A stretch of DNA of 64,000 bases. Source: Felis catus (Eukaryota). Positions 1 to 11,605 of this stretch are shown one piece after another (positions within the stretch are counted from its first letter, which is position 1; every line of letters begins with the position of its first letter). A program made the translations under genes and the position numbers. Where the stretch lies: assembly GCF_018350175.1 (NCBI RefSeq), contig NC_058368.1, positions 149,484,001 to 149,548,000 of the forward strand. Reading direction: 5' to 3'. A model generated the notes under the pieces. It made no database searches, had not been told where the DNA came from, and was given only the letters and a program-made list of their open reading frames with translations.

Positions 1-1599
1 GAATTCCTTATTGCCTGGAGGGTTAAGAAGGGAATCTAGTCTTTTTGATGATGATAAAAGTGAAATCAAAACACACATAAGCAAAATAATGTGGGGTGTT
101 TTATAGATTCTCTTCCACATATAACAGAGTATCCATATGCCTTTTTGTTTTTCAAGTCTTAATGACTCATTACAACTATTATCTACTTTCTTTTTTTGAT
201 ATTAGGATAAAGTTTTTGGAAATCCCATTCCCTCTGCATTACCTATAATTGTTTGTGTGGTAATAAAAACATACCATCTCCAAGTGCCAGATGTTGCATT
301 ATAAATGAATTTATTTATTACTGAATTACTCTATTCTTAGTGTTTTTAATCAAAATTTATTTATATAGAAGATGTTTCAAACTAAGTCATTTATCTCTTT
401 TGGTATATAGAGGCATAGCCAAACACAACAGTAAATGTCAGTTCCTAGACCAACAACTCACACATGCTCGATACAAATGTTATAACTAAGTACATAAAGT
501 TTTAGAGCATTTAATAAAAGCTTAATAGTTTGCTGACATGCTTATTTCCAATTTCTTGGTGTAGTTTATTTCCAGAATATCTGGACACATATGGAAGTGA
601 TGCCCTTTAAACATTGCCAACTTTTTACATCCACTGCACATTACTTGTTGGAGCTATTAAGTTAAAAAAAATCCCATAAATCAAGATGACATGAAGGGGA
701 AAAAATAAGCTTTATGCAACAGGAAAACAATTTGTCCTTCTCACCAAAATATCCTAAACAAACAGCTAAAGAAACAGTTGTAGAGAAGAAAATATTGTTT
801 ACAAGTTTTCATCTTTGAAATAATGTTGCTTAAAACAGTTTCCACAAAAATGATGTTTTGCACATATGAAGATTGTGCAAAGATTTGGTTCTTTATATTA
901 TGGTTGAGATTGATAGACCTTAAAACCTTGAAGCTATTGAGCAGTCATACTGAACTCAGTTGGAATAACATGGCAGGTGGTGGGTCACATTAAAAAATGG
1001 GTAAACCTCCACATAACAGGTCTTCTCTACAATGGAGTGCGTGGTTTGGACCCAAATAAGCAATGTCACTAGTCAAATAGGGTTAAAACCACCTGAGTAA
1101 ATCAAACCAGGGAAATGATCCCCTCTTCATATAAGCAATTCAACTTGGAATTGGAGGCACTAAGGTTCAGCAACCCAAGAGTATTGATCAAGCAGAGAAA
1201 ATGGGATCACACTTCTATAACAATTGGCTTCCAGTGTGAAACTTGTAGCCTAACCTAAGAGAAAAATAGGGTGGATGCCGTGTCTCATAGGAGAGGGAAA
1301 AGAGGAGCTCCAAGGATATACTTATCTCACTTGATTTTTTAGGCTTAACGTTTTACTCAGGATTTGAAAAATATTCAAAACCCACAAGAAAATTCCACTG
1401 ATGAGGTCAAAGAGTCAAAAACTGTAATAATTATCTCCAAAATAAATGCCAAAATAGGGTTTTTTGGGGGTGGGAGTTGTTTTAGGGCTTTATGCTCCTC
1501 ATATATAGTATTTCAATGAAGACTATGTTACTTTGATTAAGTGAGAAAAATAAATGAAAATAAAGACATAAACAAATTAGGTATGTATACCTAGTAGCT

Positions 1600-2208
1600 G
1601 TATTTGTTCATTAGGGTTCTGATAAATACTGCAGACTATGTGACTTAAACAATAGAAATTGACTTTCTCTCAGTTCTGGAGGCTAGAAGTCCAGTATCAA
1701 AGTGTCGGCAGGTTTGGTTTCTTCTGAGGCGTCTCTTCTTGGCTTACAGATGTCCATCTTCTCTCTGCCTTCACACACTCTGTACTTTATCTGCATGTTT
1801 TCTGTATCCAAGTCTCCTCTTCTTATGAACACAAAAGTCATATTGGATTAAGAACCACCCATACAACCTCATTTTCCTCAGTTACTTCTTTAAAGGCCCT
1901 GTCTTTCTTTTTTTAATGTTTATTTATTTTTGAGAGAGAGAGAGAGAGACAGAGCTCAGGTGAGGCAGGGACAGAGAGAGACACAGAAACACAGAATCTG
2001 AAGCAGGTTCCAGTCTCCGAGCTGCCAGCAAAGAGCCCGATGCGGGGCTTGAACCCACGAACCGTGAGATCATGACCTGAGCCCAAGTTGGATGCTGAAC
2101 CTACTGAGCCACCCAGGTACCCCACCATATTTAAATACGGTCACACTCTCAGGTACTGGGAGTTAGAACATCAATATATGAATGGGGGAAGCAATTTAGC
2201 TGATAACA
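1600..2208 (-). mobile_element. MaLR (MLT1A/B-like) solo LTR, interrupted by a SINE at 1905-2123
   Basis: Typical MLT1 text 'cagttctggaggctagaagtccagtatcaaagtgtcggcagg' and 'agtcatattggattaagaaccaccc'; resumes after the SINE with 'aaatacggtcacactctcaggtactgggagttagaacatcaatatatgaat'. Confidence 0.8.
1905..2123 (-). mobile_element. Can-SINE (SINEC_Fc-like)
   Basis: Reverse-complement tRNA-derived head (..gagccacccaggtacccc), B-box region 'gcttgaacccacgaaccgtgagatcatgacctgag', (AG)n tract, poly-T tail. Confidence 0.95.
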
Positions 2209-2604
2209 GTAGCTATGTATAAAAACTGAAGTAGAGACTTGAAATAGCCTCGTATAGAAAATGAGTCAAATTTATTTTGGCTTACCGCTTCACAATAATC
2301 AAGGCAAATGTGCAGGATGAGAGCTTGAGTTATCCTGCAGGACCCAAGAACCTCATGTTTTATTTCTCTGTAAGCTAGTTTGTTTCCAGCCTTGTTTAAG
2401 GCTATTACATTCATTTTTGTGCTCTACAAGATTGTATGCTTATTGCCACTAAAACTACATAAATGCCTTTAGGTGACTAGAATCCTAATTTTTCAATTTG
2501 TGGAATTCAACTGATGAGTAGGCCATTAAACAATTTAGTGGGTGGTAACCATTACTTCAATAAAAGAGACTAAAAATATTACAGTGTGTAAAAAAATGGG
2601 TGTA

Positions 2605-3310
2605 GAGGTCATGTCAGGGAATAGAGTAGAGTAAGAATGTCCATAAAAGCAATAAAAGCACTGACAAACAGTCAGAATCAACTTTTTCAGAACTTGGGAA
2701 ATGAAACAAAGGCTTTCAGCAAACTGAGGACTTGGCTGGACCTTTGTAAAAACAGGTCATTTTGTGGCATTTTATCTTGCCTGCTGTAGACTTATAGACC
2801 AACAGCCAGAAATACAGTGAACCCAGCAGACTGGCTATCACTGGAGAGGGTCCAACAAGGAAGGAGTTTTTTCATGGCATATCAGCAGACAATTGTCATT
2901 TGACCTGTCTGGTAGATCCCTGGAAGAATTCATTCACAAGTCTGGACTTTTATTATCTAATTGGAGCTTGACTAGTGAAAACAGTTTTTTTCCTAGGCAC
3001 GCTTTAAAAACAGAGACAACTGTTGAACATCTGAGATGCCCAATGCAGTAGATAACAACTGGGGCAAACAATAGGCTAATAGCTTAGAAGGAAAATCTGA
3101 GTACTGATGTCCACTGAAAACTTTGGAATGTTCTGATACATTTCTAAGAATCTAGAAGGCCAAACACATAGAGAGGACTGTGCATGTATCCAGGGCTGGG
3201 CACTTGTGCAGAATAGACCTGAGAAGGCCCTACGCTCTCACCTCTAGCTGACATTGGATTCCTGCACAAAGAGGAAGTTGCATGTCCCAACACACACAGG
3301 CCGCTCGCAA
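2605..3310 (+). mobile_element. Old L1 (L1MC/MD-type) 5' region
   Basis: 'gtcagaatcaactttttcagaacttgggaaatgaaacaaaggc' and 'gacctgagaaggccctacgctctcacctctagctgac' resemble L1M 5'-end consensus. Confidence 0.6.
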
Positions 3311-3377
3311 AACCACTGAGTTGTATACTTTAAAATAGTAAATTTTATGGCATATGAATTCTATCTCAATTTTAAAA
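3311..3377 (+). mobile_element. L1M 3' terminal fragment
   Basis: 'ccactgagttgtatactttaaaatagtaaattttatggcatatgaattctatctcaat' is a typical L1MB-ME 3' tip. Confidence 0.75.
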
Positions 3378-3454
3378 TACACTGGTCATTTATCTTAAAT
3401 TAAATGAAAATTAGAGTATGCAGCACACTGCATACTGTTGACATAATGTTGATT

Positions 3455-3716
3455 GGTAGAAGCCAGATACTCTATTCACATGAAATTCAAAAACAGGCAA
3501 AACTAATGTGTTTTGATAAAGTTACAGATAGCAGTTACCTCTTTGGGGAATGTTTTGTGTAAGGGGACATGAGGGAGACTTCTTGGGGCCTAGAAAAGTT
3601 CTATATCATGATTGAGGCTGTGGTAACATAAAGGGTATTATATACCTCCATGTAAAAATTTAACAAGTTGCACACAGGATTTGTGTGCTTCACTGTATGA
3701 GTTTTACCTCAATAAA

Positions 3717-3718
<2 letters not shown>
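3455..3718 (+). mobile_element. L1ME-type 3' end
   Basis: 'tgaaattcaaaaacaggcaaaactaat', 'gtgtgcttcactgtatgagttttacctcaataaaa'. Confidence 0.8.

Positions 3719-3719
<1 letters not shown>

Positions 3720-3780
<61 letters not shown>
3720..3780. repeat. (TA)n microsatellite, ~30 units
   Basis: Pure TA run directly visible. Confidence 0.99.
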
Positions 3781-3784
<4 letters not shown>

Positions 3785-4382
3785 GGCAGGTAGCTATTGT
3801 TATGTCAACATTTTGCTTTAGTTGAATATATGTGTTTATGTATACTGGATCATGATGTAAAATACATTTGTTTGTGTAGGCACAATCAAAGTGCTTGGAA
3901 TAGAATGCTAGAATCCTGGGGAAAACCTAAGCTGCTTTGAGACAGGAACAACTTAAGCTTATCAGGCACACTTCTGGGAATACAATGGAAGTAGAGTACA
4001 AGTAGTGGCAAGTGTTCTAATAAATCAACCACATAGTGATTTAAAGTATTCCAGCCTCATTACCAACACTCAGGCCCTAGCTTTACTTGGACTTTCTTCA
4101 TGAACCATCCTTCACACAAAGCCAAAAATGGCCTCTTGCTCTCCTAAATGTTGCATTTTTTTATTGGCATCTCCATTAAAGTATATATAAACATCTGACA
4201 TTGACCTAGCATAGTGTTCATGTACTATTTTCCTTTCCTAACTGTAAAATCTTAGATTCTAGTAATTATTCCTTTCTTTTTCTCTATAAAATTTGGCATA
4301 TGTACTTTATACTTGATATTGCATAGAAGAAAAAAGATATTAAGAAATCAATTGATATAATGGCCTTTGAAATATATACCTT

Positions 4383-5115
4383 CCTAAAAATTAACACAGG
4401 CAACAACATATGTTGGTGAGAATGTGGAGAAAGGGAGACCCTCTTACACTGTTGGTGGAAATGCAAACTGGTGCAGCCACTCTGTCAAACAGTATGGAGG
4501 CTCCTCAAAATGCTAAAACAGAACTACCCTACAATCTAGCAATTGCACTACTAGGTATTTACCCAAAGGATACAAAAATACTGATTCAAAGGGACACATG
4601 CATCCCAATGTTATAGCAGCACTATCAACAATAGCCAAATTATGGAAAGAACCCACATGTCTGTCCATCAACTGATGAATGGATAAAGAATGGTATATGT
4701 ATAAACAATGGGTATCACTCAGCCATCAAAAAGAATAAAATCTTGTTATTTGCACTGACATGGATGGAGCTAGAGTGTATTACACTAAGCAAAGTAAGTC
4801 AGAGAAAGACAAATATATTATTTCACGCATATGTAGAATTTAAGAAAGAGAATAGTTGAACATAGGGGAAAGGAAAAAAAAAGAAGAGAGAGAGGCACAA
4901 CATAAAAGAGACTCTTAATTATAGAGAACAAACTGAGGGCTGCTGAAAGGGAGGTATGGCAGGGAGGAATGGACTAAATGGGTGATGGGTATTAATGAGG
5001 GCAGTTGCAATGATCACTGTAAGTGATGAATCACTAAATTCTCCTGAAACTAATATTACACTGTATGTTAATTAATCAGAATTTAAATAAAAACTTGAAA
5101 CATTAAAAAAAATGT
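4383..5115 (+). mobile_element. 5'-truncated carnivore L1 (ORF2 C-terminus plus 3'UTR)
   Basis: ORF 4410-4616 resembles degenerate L1 ORF2 C-terminus (ELPYNLAIALLGIYPKD); A-rich tail; TSD aatatatacctt at 4371-4382 and 5116-5127. Confidence 0.93.
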
Positions 5116-6047
5116 AATATATACCTTAGAAGTTCAAAATAAAATATAATGTTTATGTACAAATAAAAGCTCGTCAAACAACACAGAAGTAAAAGAAAGG
5201 TATGCGTGTGTTTAAATGGATGTTTGCATTATACAGTTTATTGAGTATGTATCTGGAAATTGAAAACTCTCATTCATTAGTGGGTCAATGTGGTTATTGG
5301 TCCAAAGCTCAAAAGTCCCCTTTTCTATTCTGCACCTCACATACAAGCTGCTAAACCAAGTTTATAGTTCACTAGTGTCAGGGAAAGCTGGGGAAAATGA
5401 ATAAGAACGGACGATTTCACCCCAGAATTATAGCAAAGGACTTTGACTCTTCAGTGATCAAGGCAATCATTTATCATCACTTGGCTTAGAGACACTCAGG
5501 AAATTTTGGAGACAGGGCTGAGCTATATTCCTAAACCAAACAATTTTTTTTTATTTATGTGTTTTCAAAAAAACAACAAAAACAAAATTTGTCTCTCTAA
5601 TTGAATCTTATTCTTTATATGATATTTTTGATGAAGATGAAAATCACGGAATCCAGATAGGAATCAAGTATGCCTTTCTTCAGGAATGTGCCTTTCATAG
5701 GCAGCTCATGGGTTGGCGGTTTAAACTGTGTGTGATCTCTCCTGTTAGTTACTGCTGCTATTCTTTGCTGATTGACTGTCGTTGACTGACCAGTGGGTGG
5801 TGAACAGCAGGAGAGCAAGACCACATAGCCTTAACAGCCATGAAGAAGCACTTTAGACATTTTTCAAGGCTTCAAGTTGTGTGGTGTTTATTTTCCTTCA
5901 AAGGCACACATGTAATGAACAGCTCAATCTTACCTCTAAGAAGAGGAATTGCTTTTGAAAAGTAGAGTTCTTAAAAAAAATACATGCCTAGTTAAATTCC
6001 AGGTATTACTAAATCCTCATTTTATTATAATCTTCTTCATGTTTCAA

Positions 6048-6110
6048 TTTAAGCATCTTAAGGCAAGTGAATCTTAAATTAAGCATCTTAATTTAAGCAT
6101 CTTAAATTAA
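6048..6110. repeat. Short imperfect tandem repeat (ttaagcatcttaa x3)
   Basis: ttaagcatcttaa occurs three times within ~65 bp. Confidence 0.85.
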
Positions 6111-6462
6111 GGTGTGTGAACCTACTGCTTAGCTGAATTCTTTACCACCAATTTTGAGTAAGCAATAATAGAACAGCTTCCCCCAACTTCAGTATCTCTC
6201 TTTCATAATCATAAAATTTATAATTTAGAAAAGGTAAGATCTGACATTCATAGACAATATTCTTTAGTGTTGCATAACACCCAATCATTAGCTTATTAAA
6301 AAAAAAAGACCGCAAAATCAATTTTCATTGACTTTAAAACTTGCAAATTGAGTTAGGCTTAGGCATTTACTTTAAATTCCTTTTGTTGGTGTTAAGAAAG
6401 CTTCAACCACCCAGATTTCAGACCGGTAACCTAAGAATAGAAAGTTGCAGTTCATCACTAAT

Positions 6463-6750
6463 TGTCATGTCTGAGATTTTATTTTACCCTTCTTACAAGC
6501 TGATGAATCAATCTCTTATTGTTTTATGGATTCTGGTAGAAGATACAAGACTCCTGGTTCAAAGACAAAGGATTTTTATTACTCACAGCATAACAAGCCA
6601 AGTGAGTATCAGCATAATGTATTGATGTGTTGGTTCCCTTTTTTCTGACTCCTATAGGGGTGTTGGCAGAGAGCCAGATGGATACCATGCACACAGTGGT
6701 TTTGCATACAGTTAGAGAAAAGAAATAATCATCATGCCCTGGAGTAGTCA
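6463..6750 (-). mobile_element. 3' LTR (partial) of the provirus, MER74/MER54-group-like
   Basis: Aligns by eye with 9381-9630 ('ctcctggttcaaagacaaaggatttttattactcacagca' vs 'cccctgggtcagagacaaaaaaatatattacgcatagc'); AATAAA on the minus strand. Confidence 0.8.
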
Positions 6751-9358
6751 AGGGGAATTATGAATTTTCAAAATAGATCAATATAACCCCAACTCTTTTC
6801 TTCCTGATCATCACCCAGAAGTCAACCAAAAGAAAAAAAAAAAAAAAAGATGAACACTTTTCTGAACACAGTGGCTTTCAGGGAACAAACTGTTTTACTA
6901 AGGGAAGATCAGGAAGGAGGTAGGGGGAGTCAAATATTTTTCAGTTGATTTTTAAGAAAGATGCTCAAGCAATACTAGAGTTTTGAAAATGGTGGGGAAT
7001 GTGGAATGCCCATCAAATACCTTAAAAATTGGCCCATGTTGGACCAGTCTTTGTGTCAAAAGGCATACTATTTTTGAACTCTAAATAGACTGAAAGCTGA
7101 AAACATGACACAGTTTAATTTCAAGACCCATATTACTATGCCTGGAGTTGGCTGATTAAATGGGAAACTGAAAAAGTTTCAGCAATGGCAAGATAGCAAT
7201 AGCCCCAAGAGGGGGTCAAGTTAATGTATTGAATTTTTCAGGAGTAAACAGAGTCAATGTCCCCAGCAGTTTTTCTTTCTTCTCTGCAATGCAAATAGTT
7301 CAACCTTGGCAGGAATCACAAGTCTAACAAACATTGGTGGCTTCTGTATCTGAAGCATAAGATCCATTGTGACGGTACCTGTGTTATCAAATCTGGTATG
7401 ACAATAAATCCAGATAGTGATGGCAGTGACCTGGGTGATGTAGGGCTTATCTCCTTGATACTATTTGGTTTCATCAGCGGATAGGCCATTATAATGGCAC
7501 CAAAGTGGAGTGTTTTTAATCTGCCAGTGTGAGGTCTTCCAAGTGGCAGCCAGATGGCCAAGTCAGAACAGCCCAAGAGTCAATAAAATGTATCCAGTTT
7601 CACCAAGGAGAGGACTGACCAGGGCTAGGACACTGTCTGGAATTTGCCCACCAAAAGGATTGATAGCATTTGCTTTTGGTTTTGCAAATCCTCACCTTGA
7701 GGCTGAACAGTAACAAAGACCAATGGACACTGTAAGGCGTCAACTTAGCTAAACTATCATTGTATCAGACCCTGATATTTAGGGGAACCTCTGTCAATCT
7801 AGGGACCCATTGTTCCTCCTGCTTTACTTCAAGCCAGTGGAGTGAGTGATAATTTTCCCCTAAAGGAGAAAGTTGCCTTTTCATGTAAAACTGAGATGAT
7901 ATCAGGGCCAGGTTAGCTGCACTAATAAATATGTGATTTCCACATGGCTGGTGAAGCATATCAGATCCAACGTACCTTGTTAGTTATCAAGTTCAAGTTT
8001 ACTCACCTATAAATACAAATTTCACACTGGAAACTCGCAAGATCCTCATAAGGTATTTGATTCCATAAAGAGCATAGTGGTAGCAACCCAATGGTTCTTT
8101 CAAAGGGGGTGTACTTGGTGACTTGTTTAGATAGATGGCACTGTTTCAATGGAAAATGCCCTCTCTGAATGTTCCTAGAGTGTTTGCATCTTTAAAATTA
8201 GGATTTCCCTTTCCCTTTCTTGGGTTTTTTTATTGTTTCTACTGGAGCACCCTGGAAAAGAGAGTACATGCAACAGAATGTACAAGCAAGAAAATTCCCG
8301 CTGGAACTCATGAGATGGAGACATACAGGCATCTAACACACTATTCCATTATACATTCAGATATGGGAGCCACAAAAACAGTACAGTGAGTTAGCCCAGT
8401 GGGCCCCACATATAATGTCACGTTAACTTTCCTTGGGGACTGTAAGTCCCATAAAAACCCTATCAGTGGAATATGAGCACCATCTTCCCCTAAAAGAACA
8501 TAGACCAACAAGTTAAAGTATGTGGGTTAGGAGTTAGAGCAACGGCAGCAGGGATTTCACACTATCTCCCAGCAGAGAATTCACGATGGGTGGAGTGGCA
8601 GAGGAGGCTGTCTCACAGAAGACAGTGTGGGAGTGCAGGGAGCAGAGAGAATTTTTTTCTCACTTAGATCCCTTATTTCAGAGTGGAATCCAAACACAGC
8701 ACTGCTTTCTTCCCTGTTTACCTCTCAGCACCCAAGTATCTATGCTTAGGGGAACTTTTCTTCCCCTATCCATGTCACTGTAGCTCCAACCTCACAGCCT
8801 TCAGCTCCTCTTTTCATCCCATACCCAGTATTCTGTCATTGTTGCCAGCCAGGTTGGGCTGCAGCAGGTGCATACACATGGCTGGCTCTGCATTGTAAGA
8901 AATGGTTTTGCATTTACTTTGTTTCAAGCAGCAGCTCCTGTGCAGATCAGACTTCCTACATTTTTGATGCAACCAAAGGTCTTTGTCAAATAATAGGGTC
9001 ATCTTTGCTGGCATTCTTGATGAAGAGTTTACTCAGCTCTACAACCACAAGCCACCTTGCCTTTCAGGTGGCACTGTGAGGCTTATGTCCCACTGTCATG
9101 ATAACATCCTTGCCTGGAGGATAGAGAGTAATAACCAAGGCACCTTTGGGGCAGATTGTTTCAGCCTTACTTCTCACCACCTGTCTCATTAATAGGGCAA
9201 GGAGAAACCCTTATTCTGTCCAATCCCCACTCCTGCCATTCTTGCCCATGGCTTGGGCAAGAGCACTTGCTACCAGATTCTAGGGAGTCCTTCAGATCCC
9301 TGAACCTGACCTTTTGGGTTTTGTCCTTCTTGTACCTGAAAGCCATATGTCTTTGAGT

Positions 9359-9376
9359 ATTCTATCCTTGTCACCA
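9359..9376 (-). promoter_or_regulatory. Primer-binding site, tRNA-Ser-like
   Basis: Minus strand TGGTGACAAGGATAGAAT lies 4 nt after the LTR; 14/18 match to TGGCGACGAGGATGGGAT (complement of the tRNA-Ser 3' end as I recall it), all mismatches transitions. Confidence 0.7.
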
Positions 9377-9380
9377 AAAC

Positions 9381-9846
9381 TATTGAGTTGGGGATTTGAT
9401 TTTCACCCTACTTAAAAGCTAATAAGTTAACCTGTTAACATTTCAAGGATACTGGCAAGATAAAAAAACCCCTGGGTCAGAGACAAAAAAATATATTACG
9501 CATAGCCCAGCAAGTGGCATGAGCATCATGTTTGCTTTAGTTCCCTTTGACCCCAAGTTCCATGGGAGTGATGTAGAAGGCCCAGATGAATTCTTTGTGT
9601 ATAATCTGGATTTGTACTGCAGCTAAGGAACACTTGTGGAACCTCATGCTTTAGGACAGGCATTAAGCAAGCCTGCTCTTTGTCCTACAAGCAGACTTTA
9701 CTCCTCCTCTCCCTCAGTGTTATTCACTGCAAACTCAACACTGTGGAGTGGCCTGGGTAAGCAGTGGTCAGCATCGTGCATTCTTGATACACTCGGGAAG
9801 AAGCAGTAGGGAAATTCAGTGACCATGTCAATTTCCTATCCCAACA
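9381..9846 (-). mobile_element. 5' LTR of the provirus
   Basis: Begins TGTTGG on the minus strand at 9846 and ends next to the PBS; homologous to 6463-6750 and 33145-33580. Confidence 0.82.
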
Positions 9847-9854
9847 CTGACATG

Positions 9855-10125
9855 TTTGGACCACTTATACACCGGATACTCTACTGAGTACTTTCCTACC
9901 TTATTTCATTTAATCCGAATGAGATCTTTGACTGAGTTACCATTAATATCTTCAATCATCCCTATCTTGTTTTCCTGTTTTCTGATGACTCAGAAACTAC
10001 TTATTTAATGGATGAGAAAACTGACATTCTTAGAGTCTAATTGGCCAAATTTGTATAATTATAAGGGGAGAAACTAACATTGAAACCCAAGTCTGACACC
10101 AAAACCCATTCTCTTATCCACTATT
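9855..10125 (-). mobile_element. MIR carrying a ~45-bp foreign insert
   Basis: 'ttatttcatttaatcc', 'gatgagaaaactga', 'gaaacccaagtctgacaccaaaacccattctcttatccacta'. Confidence 0.8.
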
Positions 10126-10344
10126 ACAAAAGTCTCTCAAGCAGTAAACTTGAGCTTTTGCAGTGTTCTTCAGAGTGTTTTAATAGAGTAGACTTTTCAG
10201 GGTTGGACACTTACATAAAAACATTTTAATAATTTATAAGTTTAAATACAAACATTAGGAGAGAAGAACACATTTCTGATGAAATTATCTTGATAGTGTT
10301 TGCCTTCTCTATGTGGATGAGCTAAAATGTTCATAGGACGTTTT

Positions 10345-10425
10345 GAAAGGTAAACATTTGCCTTGATTTCCACCAGACTGTCCTAATTTGTACCTGTTGT
10401 TCCAGTGTGTTAATAGTGCTCCCAG
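10345..10425 (+). mobile_element. MER94-like hAT fragment
   Basis: 'gactgtcctaatttgtacctgttgttccagtgtgttaatagtgctccc'. Confidence 0.5.
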
Positions 10426-11124
10426 AGAATGTCAAAATAATTGTCCTTGTGACTCTTACTATGATGGGAAGTTTTCTGCAGAAGTTCATGAAAATATAAG
10501 AGGAAGAGATGAATTATAAATGTTATATATCAAAGGAGCATTTTTAAACTTCATATGTAAGAGCAGTCTTTTCAAAACAGTTTGAAGATTTATCTACTAA
10601 ACCCAGTAGCGGCTTGATTGACATTTTCTAATGTGCATCATTGCTCTTCAGATCATTCCTATCTTGTTTTCCTGTTTTCTGATGACTCAGAAACTCCTCA
10701 TCTATATCCAACAATGTATACAGAAGACAAATACATTAGGAAGGAATAAATGCCAGTTTCTAACTTGGAAATTTAGTTCTACACTCTGAAATAACATTTA
10801 TTTAACAAGTATTTTAACTAACTACTAGCTATGTGAATGCCATTAAAAGTTCTAAATATGAACAATAAACTTTAAATCGATTGCCACCTACACATGCATT
10901 ACCTAGCAACGTGCCTACTTTTATCTGAAATATAGTGAAACAGAGTAAGAGGAGCATGAGTTAGAGTTGAGTTTATGGTTCAAATATACACATATGTGTG
11001 GACATATATGTGAAATGAAAGTATAAGTTGAATGAAAAAGCATTAAACTTCTGATAATTTCATTATTGGTATAATTGCAACAGTTTGTAAAAGTGACAAG
11101 AAGATAATGACAGCAGTAAAAACT

Positions 11125-11370
11125 GGGGCACCTGGGTGGCTCAGTCAGTTAAGCATCTGGCTCTTGACTTTGGCTCAGGTCATGATCTCACAGCTCATGG
11201 GTTTGAGCCCCATGTAGGGCTCTATGCTGATAGTGCAGAGCCTGCTTGGGATTCTCTCTCTGTCTCTCTCTGCCTTTCCCCCAGTCGTGTGTGCTCTCTC
11301 TCTGTCTTTCTCCCTTTCTCTCTCTCTCTCAAAATAAATAAATAAGCTTTAAAAGCAAAACAAAACAAAA
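11125..11370 (+). mobile_element. Can-SINE (SINEC_Fc2-like)
   Basis: Head ggggcacctgggtggctcagtcagttaagc, B-box gggtttgagccc, (CT)n, AATAAA and A-rich tail. Confidence 0.95.
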
Positions 11371-11438
11371 ACAGTAGGCATTACTTCCAGGAGTTTTCAC
11401 CTAATTAGGGGGGAGAAGATACTCTCAAGGAAAGCTAT

Positions 11439-11563
11439 ACATGTTTCTCCTGCTATCCGAAAATAGAGCGTTCCTATGAAAACTTTCATAAGCTCAAATG
11501 GCATAAAGCAAAGAAGCAATTACCATTAATTTGCATGGAAAATTTTCAAACTTTCCCATATGC

Positions 11564-11605
<42 letters not shown>

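Larger units (their letters stand above)
2480..3912. mobile_element. Fragmented non-autonomous hAT-Charlie-type DNA transposon (pieces ~2480-2590 and ~3785-3912) flanking L1 fragments
   Basis: 'caatttagtgggtggtaacca' and 'tatactggatcatgatgtaaaatacattt..gtaggcacaatcaaagtgcttggaa' resemble the two halves of one small MER hAT consensus; family not certain. Confidence 0.45.
6463..9846 (-). mobile_element. Decayed class III (ERVL-like) provirus with internal deletions: LTR-gag-pro-(RT missing)-RNaseH-IN-partial LTR
   Basis: Minus-strand remnants: protease 'LYVGPTGLTHCTVFVAPISECI' (~8345-8415), tether 'YTPL..GCYHYAL' and 'WKSHIY..PGPDIISVLHEK', RNase H 'IDSWAV/LAIW/TWKTSHWQIKNTPLW' (~7500-7585), integrase 'CDSCQ' (7306-7320) and 'WAFHIPHH' (6989-7012); related LTRs at both ends. 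Confidence 0.88.

Noticed and set aside
1..6. GAATTC at position 1
   Set aside because: Most likely an EcoRI cloning end of a genomic clone, not biology
1361..1423. Plus-strand 63-nt phase-0 segment DLKNIQNPQENSTDEVKESKT, reminiscent of small secreted-protein exons
   Set aside because: Weak donor (act|gtaata), no partner exons and no recognisable gene
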